A stretch of 64,000 bases of DNA from assembly GCA_965662235.1 (NCBI GenBank), contig CBFIGY010000009.1, forward strand, positions 1-64,000, given 5' to 3'. This document shows positions 1 through 10,428 of this stretch, one piece after another (position 1 is the first letter of the stretch; every line of letters starts with the position of its first letter). The notes under the pieces were generated by a model. It was not told where the DNA came from, searched no databases, and worked only from the letters and a program-made list of their open reading frames with translations. A program made the translations under genes and the position numbers. This DNA comes from an uncultured bacterium. GTDB lineage: Bacteria; SAR324; NAC60-12.

Positions 1-267
1 CCAGTTTCCCGGAACCTCCAGGGGCTCCCACTCGCCTGGAGGGGGGCTTTCTCCCAGCAGTTCCGGGATGACAAATTCGGGACGCTCAAGCAGACGGAAG
101 TTCCAGGTGCCGTTCAGCGATTGCACCCACGGGGTCTGGGTGCGGTCTCGGGTTCGGGCCGAGGCACCATCAGGATACGGGAGGAGGTGGGCCCGAGGCG
201 GGAGGTTGTTCACCCCAATGCACTCAGGAGCCGCCCACCAGCGGACAGGAGATAACGCAGAGATCAT
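1..267 (-). CDS. lacZ: Beta-galactosidase, GH2/LacZ family, N-terminal part (runs off the window edge)
   Basis: Not in the ORF track. Manual translation from the ATG at 267 gives MISALSPVRWWAAPECIGVNNLPPRAHLLPYP...WVQSLNGTWNFRLL...WEPLEVPGNW, matching the GH2 N-terminal pattern (N-x-L-P-x-R/H-A, SLNGxWxF, VPGNW). Confidence 0.85.
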   Translation of the reverse strand, partial: MISALSPVRWWAAPECIGVNNLPPRAHLLPYPDGASARTRDRTQTPWVQSLNGTWNFRLLERPEFVIPELLGESPPPGEWEPLEVPGNW

Positions 268-361
268 GGCATCATTCGAAAAAAATCATCAATTGGCCGG
301 GCGCCCTCGGTTCATCAGCAAGGGGTCAAGGGGCCATTCCTAAAAAGTGGGCATGGAAGCC

Positions 362-1213
362 CTACTCCTTGACGGCTCCCATGGTGAGTCCTGCGATGAA
401 GTGCTTTTGCAGCATGAAGAACATGAGGACAGGAGGAAGCGCTGCAATAATTGACCCTGCTGAAACCAGATGCCACGAGGCCGTCCACTGCCCCCGGAGG
501 GCCTGAATGCCGAGTGTGATCGGCCGGGCATGGTCGCCCTGAACCAGCACCAGGGACCAGAAGTAATCGTTCCAGATGAAGGTAAACTCCAGCACGGCCA
601 GTGCCGCCAGTGCCGGACGGACCAGTGGCAGAATGACGCTCCAGTAAACACGAAGCTCCGAGGCGCCATCAATGCGGGCGCTTTCCACCAGTTCATGTGG
701 CAACTCCCGGATGAACCCCCTCAGGAAAAACGTACAGAATCCCGTCTGAAAGGCCGTGTGGAAGAGGATAAGCCCCAGCTTCGTGTCATACAGTCCGAGC
801 TGCAGGGTCAGGTTCCGGACCGGGATCATCAGAATCTGCGCGGGGACAAAGTTGCCGGCAATGAACATGGCAAAGACGAGAAAGTTTCCCCGGAAGCGGT
901 GCTTCGCCAATGAGTACCCAGCCAGCGAACTGAGCGCGAGGGTGCCAAGTACCGTCGGCAAGGTAATGACAAGGCTGTTGATGAAGTAACGCAGCATCGG
1001 GGTGGTCGCAAACACCTGCGTGTAGTTTTCCACCAGAGCCCATTCTTCTGGAATGCCCCAGTAGTTTCCGGCGTTGATGTCTGCGAGTGACCGGGCCGAG
1101 GTGAGCAGCACCCCAACCAGGGGCAGCAGCCAAAAGGCCAGCAGGACGTACAGCAGAATTCGGTAGCCGGCTCGCGTGGTGGGAGCGGTTTGCTCCAGAG
1201 GCGTGGGGAACAT
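362..1213 (-). CDS. Carbohydrate ABC transporter permease (CUT1, MalG-like)
   Basis: Multi-TM protein with EAA loop ELVESARIDGAS, FIWNDYFW and a C-terminal QKHFIAGLTMGAVK. Confidence 0.93.
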   Translation of the reverse strand: MFPTPLEQTAPTTRAGYRILLYVLLAFWLLPLVGVLLTSARSLADINAGNYWGIPEEWALVENYTQVFATTPMLRYFINSLVITLPTVLGTLALSSLAGYSLAKHRFRGNFLVFAMFIAGNFVPAQILMIPVRNLTLQLGLYDTKLGLILFHTAFQTGFCTFFLRGFIRELPHELVESARIDGASELRVYWSVILPLVRPALAALAVLEFTFIWNDYFWSLVLVQGDHARPITLGIQALRGQWTASWHLVSAGSIIAALPPVLMFFMLQKHFIAGLTMGAVKE

Positions 1214-2109
1214 TAGAGCCTCCCTTTTTCATTTTTCCAGAGCCGGATGAGGAACCAGGCAATGTACACGTCCAAGAGCAGGAACAGGATGGTCGCCAGT
1301 GCAGCACCGTATCCCATTCGGTAGTTGAAGATCGCCTGCTCTACCATCTCATACGCCAGCACAGTTGAGCTACCCCAGGGCCCTCCCTGGGTCATGATCG
1401 CAATCAAATCGAAGCTCCGCAGCGCTCCCAGCACCGACACCACAATCGCAATGAAGGTCGCCGGCCGGAGCTGGGGCAGCACCACGTTCCAGAACATTGC
1501 CCAGCCCTTGGCGCCGTCAATGCGCCCGGCTTCAATGACCTCCTTGTTGAGGCTGGCCAGTCCGGTGATGTAAAGGATGAGGCAGTAGGCAATCTGGGGC
1601 CACATTGCGGCTGCAATGATGCCGTAACTCACTAGGTCCTCATTCGACAGCAACGCCAGCGGCGAAACACCAATGGCCTTGAGGAAGAGGTCCAGCAGTC
1701 CGTACTTGGGGTTGTAGAACCACGAAAACACCAGTCCGACCACCACGGCACTGACCACAAAGGGAAAGAAGAACAGGGACTTGATGACCCGGAGTTCCAG
1801 CAGATTCTGGTTCAGGAACAACGCCAGCCCCAGACTCAGAGGAGGCGCTAGGAGGAAGAAGAGCAGCCAGAGGATGTTGTTCTGCACCGCAGTGATCACG
1901 CGCTCGTCGTCATACATCTCAACGTAGTTCGACAGCCCGACCCAGGTCATGTCTCCAAACCCGTCCCACTCATGGAAGCTGATCCAGAGGCTGGAGAGGA
2001 TGGGGTGAATGACGTAAATGACAAAGAGGAGGAAGGCGGGCGCTAGGAAAAAAATGGGGGCAAGACGCAATTGGTTGCGTTCCCAGAAGCTGAGTTGCAT
2101 GGGGCGCAC
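1213..2109 (-). CDS. Carbohydrate ABC transporter permease (CUT1, MalF-like)
   Basis: EAA loop IEAGRIDGA plus SFDLIAIMTQGGP; overlaps the next gene. The start may be the ATG at 2100. Confidence 0.93.
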   Translation of the reverse strand: MRPMQLSFWERNQLRLAPIFFLAPAFLLFVIYVIHPILSSLWISFHEWDGFGDMTWVGLSNYVEMYDDERVITAVQNNILWLLFFLLAPPLSLGLALFLNQNLLELRVIKSLFFFPFVVSAVVVGLVFSWFYNPKYGLLDLFLKAIGVSPLALLSNEDLVSYGIIAAAMWPQIAYCLILYITGLASLNKEVIEAGRIDGAKGWAMFWNVVLPQLRPATFIAIVVSVLGALRSFDLIAIMTQGGPWGSSTVLAYEMVEQAIFNYRMGYGAALATILFLLLDVYIAWFLIRLWKNEKGRL

Positions 2110-2158
2110 TTCGGAAGATCGGTGGGGACAGGGGCCCCGGAGAGCCCCTGCGAAGCAG

Positions 2159-2185
2159 CCTCCTCAAGAACGGTTCTCAAGGAGG
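2159..2185 (-). terminator. Intercistronic stem-loop after the solute-binding protein gene (mRNA stabiliser or attenuator)
   Basis: The minus strand reads CCTCCTTGAGAAC-C-GTTCTTGAGGAGG, an inverted repeat just after the stop codon, with no clear U-tract. Confidence 0.5.
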
Positions 2186-2192
2186 ATGAGGC

Positions 2193-3413
2193 TTACTTGA
2201 AGATACGCTGGCGCGCCTTGTCGATGCGGGCGCGGATCTGCTTCTCCCGCTCTGGCTTCACCATGAACTCCTGGAAGCCCTTCATGCCCTCTTTGGCCAT
2301 TTCCGGGGTCGTGTCCCGGTCATAGAACTGAGCCAGTCCAGCAGACTCGCTCAGGACCTTGAAGCCGATCTTGAGGAAGCGATCAGAGGGCTCCGGAGCT
2401 TTGGAGTTCGGGGGCAGGTTACCGATGGAAGTGGCTACCTCGTTGTTGACGTCTGCACGAGCCACAAAGGCCAGGAAGCGCTTGGCGTCGGCCTTGTTCT
2501 TCGCCTTGGCCGGAATGTGCAGGGTGTCGGTCGGAGCCTCTTCATAGGTCCGGACGTCAGCATTGATCACCGGGAACTGGAAGTACCCTGTCTGATCCGC
2601 CACTCCTGCATCCGCGAGGCTTGGCACAATGAAGTTCCCAATGAGGTACATTGCAGCCTCTCCGTTGATCATCGGCGCCTGAGCTTCTTGCCAGGAGAAG
2701 GTGGCATGGTTCTCCAAGAAGTACCCCTTGCGGGCCATGTCTCCCCAGATTTCAAAAACCCGGTCCAGGCGAGGATCCTCATAGGACGCTTTGCCGTCCA
2801 TCAGCTCCATGTGGAAGTCCATGCCATTGACCCGCAGGTTGAGGAAGTCAAACCAGCCCGCTGCCGTCCAGAGGTACTTGGTGCCAATGGTGACCGGGGT
2901 GACGCCGTTCTGCTTGAGGGTCGCGCAGATGTTCATGAAATCTGCCCAGGTCCGGGGCTCCCCCAGTCCGTACTTGGCAAAGATGTCCTTGCGGTAATAC
3001 ACCCCCCACTGGTAGTACGCGTATGGCACCCCATACTGCTTTCCTCCCACGTTGAGGGCAGAGGACGTCGAGGCCATGTCGTTGTAGAGGTTGTTGTCCT
3101 GCCAGACGTCACTGACGTCCTCAAACAGGCCCTGGTCCACAAAGAACTTCATGCGGTTTCCGGCAAACCAGGTCACCACATCTGGCGGATCTGCCTGCAG
3201 GAAGTTCCGGATCGCCGTCTTGTAGGCCTCATGGTCAAAGATGTTGAGTTCCACATCCACATCCGGATTTTCCTTCTCAAAGTCAGCAACCAGCTTCTCA
3301 AAAGCCTGCTTCGGCGCCGGGTCCGAAGTGTTGGCATTGATGACCAGTTTTCCTGCCAGTGCAGGGGATGCGACCAGCAGAGCGGACGCAAAGAGTGTCA
3401 TGAACCGTTTCAT
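2193..3413 (-). CDS. Sugar ABC transporter substrate-binding protein (SBP family 1)
   Basis: Signal peptide MKRFMTLFASALLVASPALA, PDVVTWFAG and YGVPY motifs, SD-like AAGGGAG upstream. Confidence 0.93.
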   Translation of the reverse strand: MKRFMTLFASALLVASPALAGKLVINANTSDPAPKQAFEKLVADFEKENPDVDVELNIFDHEAYKTAIRNFLQADPPDVVTWFAGNRMKFFVDQGLFEDVSDVWQDNNLYNDMASTSSALNVGGKQYGVPYAYYQWGVYYRKDIFAKYGLGEPRTWADFMNICATLKQNGVTPVTIGTKYLWTAAGWFDFLNLRVNGMDFHMELMDGKASYEDPRLDRVFEIWGDMARKGYFLENHATFSWQEAQAPMINGEAAMYLIGNFIVPSLADAGVADQTGYFQFPVINADVRTYEEAPTDTLHIPAKAKNKADAKRFLAFVARADVNNEVATSIGNLPPNSKAPEPSDRFLKIGFKVLSESAGLAQFYDRDTTPEMAKEGMKGFQEFMVKPEREKQIRARIDKARQRIFK

Positions 3414-3685
3414 GCTATTTCTCCCTTGGATTAAAAAAACGAGGCCTAGCCTCGGGACGTTCTCAATAGCGAGACATAAAAATGTTCCAGCAAAGCGTGG
3501 GATCTGTCAAATAAAGATTCCGATTTCTTCGCGGCACGGGCCTGCGCTTCCTGTAACGGAGCCGTTCCTCCGTTCCAAGGCCAGAACTTCGGGTCGACCT
3601 GAACCGGCCCTGTGCTGACTCCTGCAGGCCTCACGCTCCCTTCGCCGCCAGCGTTTCCACAAAGAAACCACGCCGCAGGCTCCGG

Positions 3686-4699
3686 TCAGGCATACAGCGA
3701 CCGTTTGCGAAATTCCGGGGTGTGGAGGGTCTGCAGTTCTTCCGCCGGTGTGCCCTCAAGGCGTTTCAGCAGCAGGCGACAGAGCTGCTCCCCTGCAAGT
3801 TCCAGAGACGAGTGATAGGCGTTGATGCGTGGATTGTTGAACTCCAGGTAGTTCGTTCCTTCAAAGGCGATCAGGTCCAGGTCCCGGGAAAGCTGCATTC
3901 CGGTGGTTCGCATCTCCTCCAAAATGCCCAGGGTTGTGGAAACCCCTGGCGAAAGGATCGCCGAAGGTGGATTCGGCAAGCTCCGGAACCGGCGAAACAC
4001 CGTCCGCCCAGTCTCAAACGAAAGCTCCGAGGCCACCACTAGGGCGGGATCAAAGGGGAGGCCATTCTCCTTCAACGCCTGCCGGTAGCCCATCAGGCGG
4101 TACCCGGTGTAGTTCAGGCCCTCCGGAGGGTTAATGAGTGCAATCCGTTGGTGCCCCTGTTGGTACAGACGCTGGAAGGATTCGTAGGTGATCAGCTCGT
4201 GGCGGACGTCAAAGGAGGGATGCGGCGTGAACAATTCGGTTCGACCGAAGGTCACAAACGGGAAGTTTTGCTCCAGCAGGTACTTCACCCGCAGGTCCTG
4301 AGCCCGGGTTTGTCCAATGATGACCCCATCGGCAAGCCGACCTTCGACAATCCGCTGAATCGGCTTGAGCAGGTCTTCATGCGTCAGGCGGGGCTGAACG
4401 CTCAGCGAGTAGGGCGTTGCTTCAAGCGCCCGGATGATGCCCTGGCAGTAGAACATGAACCCCATTGCCGGAAACGCACTCTGCGGCTCCGGAGAGAGGA
4501 TCAGCGAGATCGTGTGCGTGCGTCCCGTCCGAAGCGACAGCCCTCCCTGATGGGGTCGGTAGCCCAGCAAGCCGGCTGCCGCCTTGACCCGAGCAATCGT
4601 CTCTGGACGGACCTCCGGACCATCCTTGAGCGCCCGGGAGACCGTGGTAATCGACAGCCCCAGCTCTTCAGCAACGGTTTTGAGAGTCGCGCGCTTCAT
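3686..4699 (-). CDS. LacI-family transcriptional regulator
   Basis: HTH ATLKTVAEELGLSITTVSRAL followed by a sugar-binding domain. Start placed at ATG 4699 rather than the ORF-track 4849. Confidence 0.93.
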   Translation of the reverse strand: MKRATLKTVAEELGLSITTVSRALKDGPEVRPETIARVKAAAGLLGYRPHQGGLSLRTGRTHTISLILSPEPQSAFPAMGFMFYCQGIIRALEATPYSLSVQPRLTHEDLLKPIQRIVEGRLADGVIIGQTRAQDLRVKYLLEQNFPFVTFGRTELFTPHPSFDVRHELITYESFQRLYQQGHQRIALINPPEGLNYTGYRLMGYRQALKENGLPFDPALVVASELSFETGRTVFRRFRSLPNPPSAILSPGVSTTLGILEEMRTTGMQLSRDLDLIAFEGTNYLEFNNPRINAYHSSLELAGEQLCRLLLKRLEGTPAEELQTLHTPEFRKRSLYA

Positions 4700-4745
4700 G
4701 AGGTGAAATCGAGCATCATTTGCGAAAACCCGGACGCCTCTGAGG

Positions 4746-6272
4746 CTATGCCGCGGGAGCCAGCGAGTGCAACCACTGCCGGTGCGAAAGCGCCTGTGCC
4801 GCAACGGTCTGTGCCTGCTGATGGAGGTGCTGCACGGTGTCTCGGGCAAAGGCCCGGAGTTGCGGTTGCCGGTTCATCTCTGCTTGTGCGACCTGCTGGT
4901 TGAGAAGCCCCAGGCCGTCCAAAACCGGGTAGTGGAGCAGTTCTTCAACATGGGGCAGCCCGTTCAGGTCGTTCTGAAAATCTGCAGCGCTGGGCATCCG
5001 GGTCTGCCAGAGCGCCAGCCGTTCCCGGAGGTGAGGCTGGATGCACTGTGCAGCCACTTCCCGCCAGAACGGAGAGTCGTCCCGCTCCGAAACGTAGTGC
5101 AGGTTGATGAAGTCCCGGAAGTCATCGACCTGCTGCGCAATGGCAGCATTGAAGCGGTCCTGTGCCGCCGGATCGGCATCATTCAAAGCGCCCAGGTGCC
5201 GCTGCGCAAACAGCAACAGCGCGACCACAGTTCCGTGAATGGAAGTCGCCTCCAGCGGTTCCAGAAAGCTGGAAGACAGCCCCAGCGCCAGCACATTGTG
5301 GTCCCAGACCTGCGCGAGGCGTCCGGCGTCAATCGGGATGTCCTTGCGGGGCTCAATTTTTTGTCCCAGCACCTCCTCCATCTCCGCCTGGGCCTGATCC
5401 ACAGAAAGGTGCTGGTCGGAATAAACGTACCCGCACCCAATGCGGCCCTGAGTCGGAATCTGCCACATCCAGCCTGCCTTCTGTGCCCAGGCGTGCGTGA
5501 AGGTGGGCAGCTCCTGATCGTCTTCCAGCTCCAACCAGAAGGGCATGGCTCGGTTCACCGGAAGCACCTCTCCGTAGCGGACCCACTCCACCCCCATGAT
5601 CTTTTGGATCACGGTTCGGGAGAAGCCGGTGCAGTCGATGAAGAAATCTCCCTGGAGGCTGGTCCCATCCTGAAAGTAGAGGGTCGTGAGGTTTCCCGTC
5701 TCCGGATCGCGCTCGCCCGACTCCACCAAACGGTCCAGCACCTGAATGCCCGTCGCCCGCGAACGCAGGTAAGCACCTACTTTGGCCTGATCAAAGTGAT
5801 AAGCATGATGGAACTGACTCACCGGCACCAAACGCTGCTGCACCTGCGCGACAGGAGCCTTACCGGCGGCCATCAGAGCACTGAAGACGTGGGTCCGGGT
5901 GACTGATTTCCCAGACGCCACACAGTAGGTGTCCAGCCAGGAACCCGCTTCCGGAAGACGGTCCGTCAACGCATAGGGATCGTCGATCGGACCATCATAG
6001 AAGTGCCCCAGTTTCCGCCAATCCCGGTGCCGGATCCCGTACTTGATGGTCGCATCCGTCTGCGCTAGGAACTCCGTTTCCGGAATGCCCAAGGCCTGCA
6101 GAACACCCCCAAAGACGGAAGTCGTTCCCTCTCCCACACCAATTGTGCCGACCTGGGAGCTCTCAATCAGGGTGATCGCCAGGGGCAGTCCCTGCTGCTC
6201 CGCAGTTGCTTGGAGGATGAGGGCCGCCAACCAACCGGCCGTGCCGCCTCCGACAATGACAAGTTGACGCAT
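4746..6272 (-). CDS. Flavin-dependent halogenase, tryptophan halogenase (PrnA/RebH) family
   Basis: GGGTAG FAD motif, IGVGEGT, DATIKYGI (catalytic Lys position), FFIDCTGF, GWMWQIP (WxWxIP), FLEPLEATSI. Confidence 0.9.
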   Translation of the reverse strand: MRQLVIVGGGTAGWLAALILQATAEQQGLPLAITLIESSQVGTIGVGEGTTSVFGGVLQALGIPETEFLAQTDATIKYGIRHRDWRKLGHFYDGPIDDPYALTDRLPEAGSWLDTYCVASGKSVTRTHVFSALMAAGKAPVAQVQQRLVPVSQFHHAYHFDQAKVGAYLRSRATGIQVLDRLVESGERDPETGNLTTLYFQDGTSLQGDFFIDCTGFSRTVIQKIMGVEWVRYGEVLPVNRAMPFWLELEDDQELPTFTHAWAQKAGWMWQIPTQGRIGCGYVYSDQHLSVDQAQAEMEEVLGQKIEPRKDIPIDAGRLAQVWDHNVLALGLSSSFLEPLEATSIHGTVVALLLFAQRHLGALNDADPAAQDRFNAAIAQQVDDFRDFINLHYVSERDDSPFWREVAAQCIQPHLRERLALWQTRMPSAADFQNDLNGLPHVEELLHYPVLDGLGLLNQQVAQAEMNRQPQLRAFARDTVQHLHQQAQTVAAQALSHRQWLHSLAPAA

Positions 6273-6314
6273 CAGGCCCCGTTGGTTGAAGGTTGCACCG
6301 GTTCAGAAAGCCGA

Positions 6315-7676
6315 CTACTTTCCACCCTTGGTCCAGGCAGGCAGCCAGTCTCCATGGGCTTCAATCAGTTCATCCACTAGGGACCAGATCTGATCCAGGT
6401 CCAGTTCGGCTGCCGTGTGCGGATCCATCATTGCGGCATGATAGATGTGCTCCCGGTTTTCCGTCAGCAACGCCTGGACGGTCAGTTCCTGCACATTGAC
6501 GTTGGAGCGGATGATTGTCGTCAGCTGCGGTGGCAGGGAGTCGATGCGGGTCGGCTGGATGCCGTTGCGGTCCACTAGGCAGGGAACCTCCACCGCACAT
6601 CCCTCTGGAAGTGCAGGGATGTAGCCCCGGTTAGCCACGTTGCCGTAGATCACGCTAGGGGTGCCGGTCCAGACGGAGTTGACGATCTCTGAGGCGTACT
6701 CCACGGAGTTGGGAACGTCGATCTTGTCCGCATTCTTGTACTCCTCCAACTCGTCTTCCCAACGGGCAATCTGCTCCACGCAGCGCTTGGGGTACTCATC
6801 TAGCGGAATGCCAAAACGCTCAATGAGGTCCGGCCGGTCCCGCTTGATGAACCAGGGGACGTATTCAGCGAAGTGCTCCGAGCTCTCTGTTGCAAAGTAC
6901 CCGAGCCGCTTCATCATCTCGTAACGGACCTTGTTGGGGCAGCGCGGGTTCCAGCTGCTTTCGGGTCGCGGATAGGTGCCGTCGGCATAGCCCTTTTGCA
7001 GATCTGGGTAGAGGTCTCGGAAGGTTCCGTCGCCCATCACCTCTTCAAAGCGGAGGAAGTAGGAGACGTGGTTGATTCCGGCAGATAGGTAGCGGATCTT
7101 CTCAATCGGCAACTGCAGGTCACTGGCAAGCTCCTGAGCCGTGTGCTGCACCGAGTGACACAGACCAACCTGCTTGATCTGCGGGTACTTGGCCGTGATC
7201 GACCAGGTGTTGATTGCCATCGGGTTGACGTACTGCAGCATCAGCGCATTGGGACACACTTCCAGCATGTCCTCACACACCGACCACAGGTGGGGAACGG
7301 TCCGCAGTCCCCGCATGATGCCACCGACGCCCAAAGTGTCCGCAATCGTCTGACGCAGCCCATACTTTTTCGGAATTTCGAAGTCCGTCACCGTCGCGGG
7401 CTCATACCCCCCAATCTGGAAAGCCATCACGACAAAGTCTGCGCCCTCCAGAGCCTCTCGCTGGTTCATGTGGAGGGAGTACGTGGCTCCCACCTCAAGC
7501 GAGGAGACCAGCCGGTTGAGCACAATCTCACTTTCCTTCAGGCGCTTCTCGTCAATGTCCATTAAGGCCACATGACTTTCCTTCAACGCCTCCCGCTGAA
7601 GGATGTCGCCGATGATGTTCTTCATGAAGACCGTTGAGCCGGCCCCAATGAATGTGATTTTCGGTTGCGTACGCAT
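6315..7676 (-). CDS. melA: Alpha-galactosidase, GH4 (NAD+/Mn2+-dependent)
   Basis: KITFIGAGSTVF, QTIADTLGVGGIMRGLRT, YVNPM, GLCHSVQ, AGINH, TESSEHFAEY. Confidence 0.95.
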   Translation of the reverse strand: MRTQPKITFIGAGSTVFMKNIIGDILQREALKESHVALMDIDEKRLKESEIVLNRLVSSLEVGATYSLHMNQREALEGADFVVMAFQIGGYEPATVTDFEIPKKYGLRQTIADTLGVGGIMRGLRTVPHLWSVCEDMLEVCPNALMLQYVNPMAINTWSITAKYPQIKQVGLCHSVQHTAQELASDLQLPIEKIRYLSAGINHVSYFLRFEEVMGDGTFRDLYPDLQKGYADGTYPRPESSWNPRCPNKVRYEMMKRLGYFATESSEHFAEYVPWFIKRDRPDLIERFGIPLDEYPKRCVEQIARWEDELEEYKNADKIDVPNSVEYASEIVNSVWTGTPSVIYGNVANRGYIPALPEGCAVEVPCLVDRNGIQPTRIDSLPPQLTTIIRSNVNVQELTVQALLTENREHIYHAAMMDPHTAAELDLDQIWSLVDELIEAHGDWLPAWTKGGK

Positions 7677-7698
7677 AGCTTCAGTCTACTGAAAAAGG

Positions 7699-9312
7699 TT
7701 AAGTGCTCACAACTTCAAAGGCGGCCTTCACCAGCCTCTTGGTGTACTCCGTTTGGGGGTGCTCTAGGATCTCGCTCGTGGGACCAGCTTCCACCACATT
7801 GCCATGCTGCATCACAATCACGTTGTGGCACAGCGCCCGAACGACCTTCAGGTCGTGGCTGATGAACATGTAGCTCAGGTTGTGCTTAGCCCTGAGGTCC
7901 CGCAGGAGGTCGATGATCTGTGCCTGGATGGAGAGGTCCAGCGCCGAAGTCGGCTCATCCAGCAAAATGAGGTCCGGCTTCATCACAAGGGCCCGGGCAA
8001 TCGCTAGGCGCTGCCGTTGCCCTCCGGAAAACTCATGGGGGAAGCGCTGCATGACGTCCCGGGGCATCTGCACATCGTCCAACGCCTGCGCCACCAGCTC
8101 TTCGCGCTCCTCCGCGCTTGCGCCAATGTTGTTGACAATCAGCCCCTCCTCAATGATCTGCTGAATGATCATCCGGGGGTTGAGAGACGAAAACGGATCC
8201 TGAAACACCACCTGAATGCGAGGGCGCAGCGGACGCATCTGCTGCCGAGACAGCCCGTCCAGACGCTTTCCGTCGAAGACGATGGTGCCTCCGTTCGCCT
8301 CTCCTAGGCGGATCATGGCCATGCCCAGGGTGGTCTTTCCGGAGCCGGACTCACCGACAATGCCAAGGGTTTCTCCGCGACGGACCGTGCAGGAGATGTT
8401 GTTGACTGCAACTAGGTCGGCATACTTACGACTGAAGAAGCCTCCAAAGGCGATCCGGAAGGCCACCCGCATGTCAGTTGCTGTCATCAGCGGCTCCGCG
8501 TCAGCAGCCAGCGGTTCCGGACGTCCCTTTGGCTCGCTGGCAAGCAGGTGCCGGGTGTACGGGTGTTGCGGATTGGAGAACACCTCAGCGGTCTTGCCGC
8601 GTTCCACGATCTCCCCATAACGCATCACCACCACGGTGTCAGACGTTTTCTCCACCACCGTCAGGTCGTGGGTGATCAGAATGACCGCCATGTTGTGGCT
8701 TTGCTGCAACGCTTTCAGTAGCGATAGAATCTCCGCCTGCACCGTCACGTCTAGGGCCGTGGTGGGCTCATCAGCAATGAGCAGGTCCGGCTTGTTGGCT
8801 AGGGCCATGGCGATCATCACCCGTTGCCGTTGGCCTCCGGACATCTCGTGAGGGTACTGACTCAGCCGTGCCTCCGGATCCGGAAGCTGGACCTCCTGAA
8901 AGAGACGGAGCACTTCGGCCATGGCCTGCTGCTTCGGCATGGGTCGGTGCGTGAGGATCACTTCGGCCACCTGATCACCGACTCGGTAAACGGGGTTGAG
9001 CGACGTCAGGGGCTCCTGAAAGATCATGGCAATGCGGTTGCCCCGAATCTTCTGCATCTGCAGCTCGGAGTAGGAGGAGAGGTCCTCTCCGTCAAACCAG
9101 ATCTTACAGTCTGACCCCACCCGGGCGTTTTCCGCAAGCATCGACATGATCGCCCGGGCCGTCACCGACTTGCCAGAGCCAGACTCACCGACCACCGCCA
9201 GTGTTTCGCCTCGTGCCACTTCGTACGAGAGCCCGCGGACCGCACTTACGGTGCCGCTGACGGTTTTGAAGTCGACGACAACGTTCTCAATTTTCAGCAG
9301 AGGCTCAGTCAT
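7699..9312 (-). CDS. ABC transporter ATP-binding protein, fused OppD/OppF-type (two ATPase domains)
   Basis: Two Walker A motifs ([16 protein letters not shown]), two SGGQRQR signatures, DEPT Walker B. Start at MTEPLL (9312). Confidence 0.94.
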   Translation of the reverse strand: MTEPLLKIENVVVDFKTVSGTVSAVRGLSYEVARGETLAVVGESGSGKSVTARAIMSMLAENARVGSDCKIWFDGEDLSSYSELQMQKIRGNRIAMIFQEPLTSLNPVYRVGDQVAEVILTHRPMPKQQAMAEVLRLFQEVQLPDPEARLSQYPHEMSGGQRQRVMIAMALANKPDLLIADEPTTALDVTVQAEILSLLKALQQSHNMAVILITHDLTVVEKTSDTVVVMRYGEIVERGKTAEVFSNPQHPYTRHLLASEPKGRPEPLAADAEPLMTATDMRVAFRIAFGGFFSRKYADLVAVNNISCTVRRGETLGIVGESGSGKTTLGMAMIRLGEANGGTIVFDGKRLDGLSRQQMRPLRPRIQVVFQDPFSSLNPRMIIQQIIEEGLIVNNIGASAEEREELVAQALDDVQMPRDVMQRFPHEFSGGQRQRLAIARALVMKPDLILLDEPTSALDLSIQAQIIDLLRDLRAKHNLSYMFISHDLKVVRALCHNVIVMQHGNVVEAGPTSEILEHPQTEYTKRLVKAAFEVVST

Positions 9313-10420
9313 TGGAATAGGGGTCCATTGCGTCACGTAAGCCATCTCCCAGCGCATTGAAGGCCAGCACCGACACGACAATCATGCCCACCGGTGCCAT
9401 CAGCCAGGGGGCTGCAGCGAAGGATTGGAAGTCACGGACTTGGTTCAACATGGTGCCCCAGCTGACCATGGGCGCCTGCACTCCGACGCCGAGGAAGGAG
9501 AGGAAGCTTTCCAAGAGGATGACCTCGGGCAGCTGATACGTGGCCCACACGATGATGTGCGAGGAGGTGTTGGGAATGATGTGCCGGCCGATGATGCGCT
9601 GGTCTGACGCCCCCACTGCGACTGCTGCACGGACGTATTCCATGGAGCGGATGGCGATCACCTTGCCCCGCAGCTCGCGAGACAGATCGGCCCAGCGGAG
9701 CAGCACCAGAATGGCGGCAAACATGATGAACACACTCATGGGTTCGGCACGACGAGGCAAAATTGCCACCAACGCCAGGTACAGGGGCAGGTCCGGAAAG
9801 GACTTCACAAACTCCACCAGTCGCTGGACGATCATGTCAAAGCGTCCTCCGAAGTAGCCGGAGGAAACGCCCACCAGGGTGCCGATCACACAGGAGATCA
9901 GCATCACCAGCACCCCCATCAGCAGGGTGATTCGGGTGCCTTCGATCATCCGGGAGGCCACGTCTCGCCCCAGTGAGTCGGTTCCTAAAAAGTGGATAAA
10001 GCCCCCCGTTCGGGTGCCAATGAGGCGGGTGGTGAACTCCACACCAAACAGGGTCCAGGGGTCGCCCTCCACCCAAAACTCCAGCTCATGCCGGATGCTT
10101 TCATCTGGCACAAAGGTGATCTCGTAGGTGATTGGGTCCATTTCCTCCTGGAACCCTAGAACGTACGGACGGGTCAGTCCTCCTTCTGGAGCCAGGATGC
10201 GCAGGCTCTGAGGAGGAGAATAGATCGCTTCCCGGTCCTTTGTTTCTGGCGCATACGGCGCAATGAAGCCGGAAAACAGGGCCGAGATCAAAATGAAGAG
10301 GCAGCCCAGCAGACCAATCACTCCGTATCGGTTCCGGAAGAACCGGCGCCGGACGAGCTGCCAGTACGATAGGTTGGCTGCGGCAGTGACCGCTTCCGCA
10401 TTCTGGTTCAGATCGCTCAT
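9305..10420 (-). CDS. ABC transporter permease (OppC-like) of the alpha-galactoside system
   Basis: LGTDSLGRD, EYVRAAVAVGAS, SFLSFLGVG, FNALGDGLRDAMDP. Confidence 0.93.
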   Translation of the reverse strand: MSDLNQNAEAVTAAANLSYWQLVRRRFFRNRYGVIGLLGCLFILISALFSGFIAPYAPETKDREAIYSPPQSLRILAPEGGLTRPYVLGFQEEMDPITYEITFVPDESIRHELEFWVEGDPWTLFGVEFTTRLIGTRTGGFIHFLGTDSLGRDVASRMIEGTRITLLMGVLVMLISCVIGTLVGVSSGYFGGRFDMIVQRLVEFVKSFPDLPLYLALVAILPRRAEPMSVFIMFAAILVLLRWADLSRELRGKVIAIRSMEYVRAAVAVGASDQRIIGRHIIPNTSSHIIVWATYQLPEVILLESFLSFLGVGVQAPMVSWGTMLNQVRDFQSFAAAPWLMAPVGMIVVSVLAFNALGDGLRDAMDPYSND

Positions 10421-10428
10421 GGTCGGCC

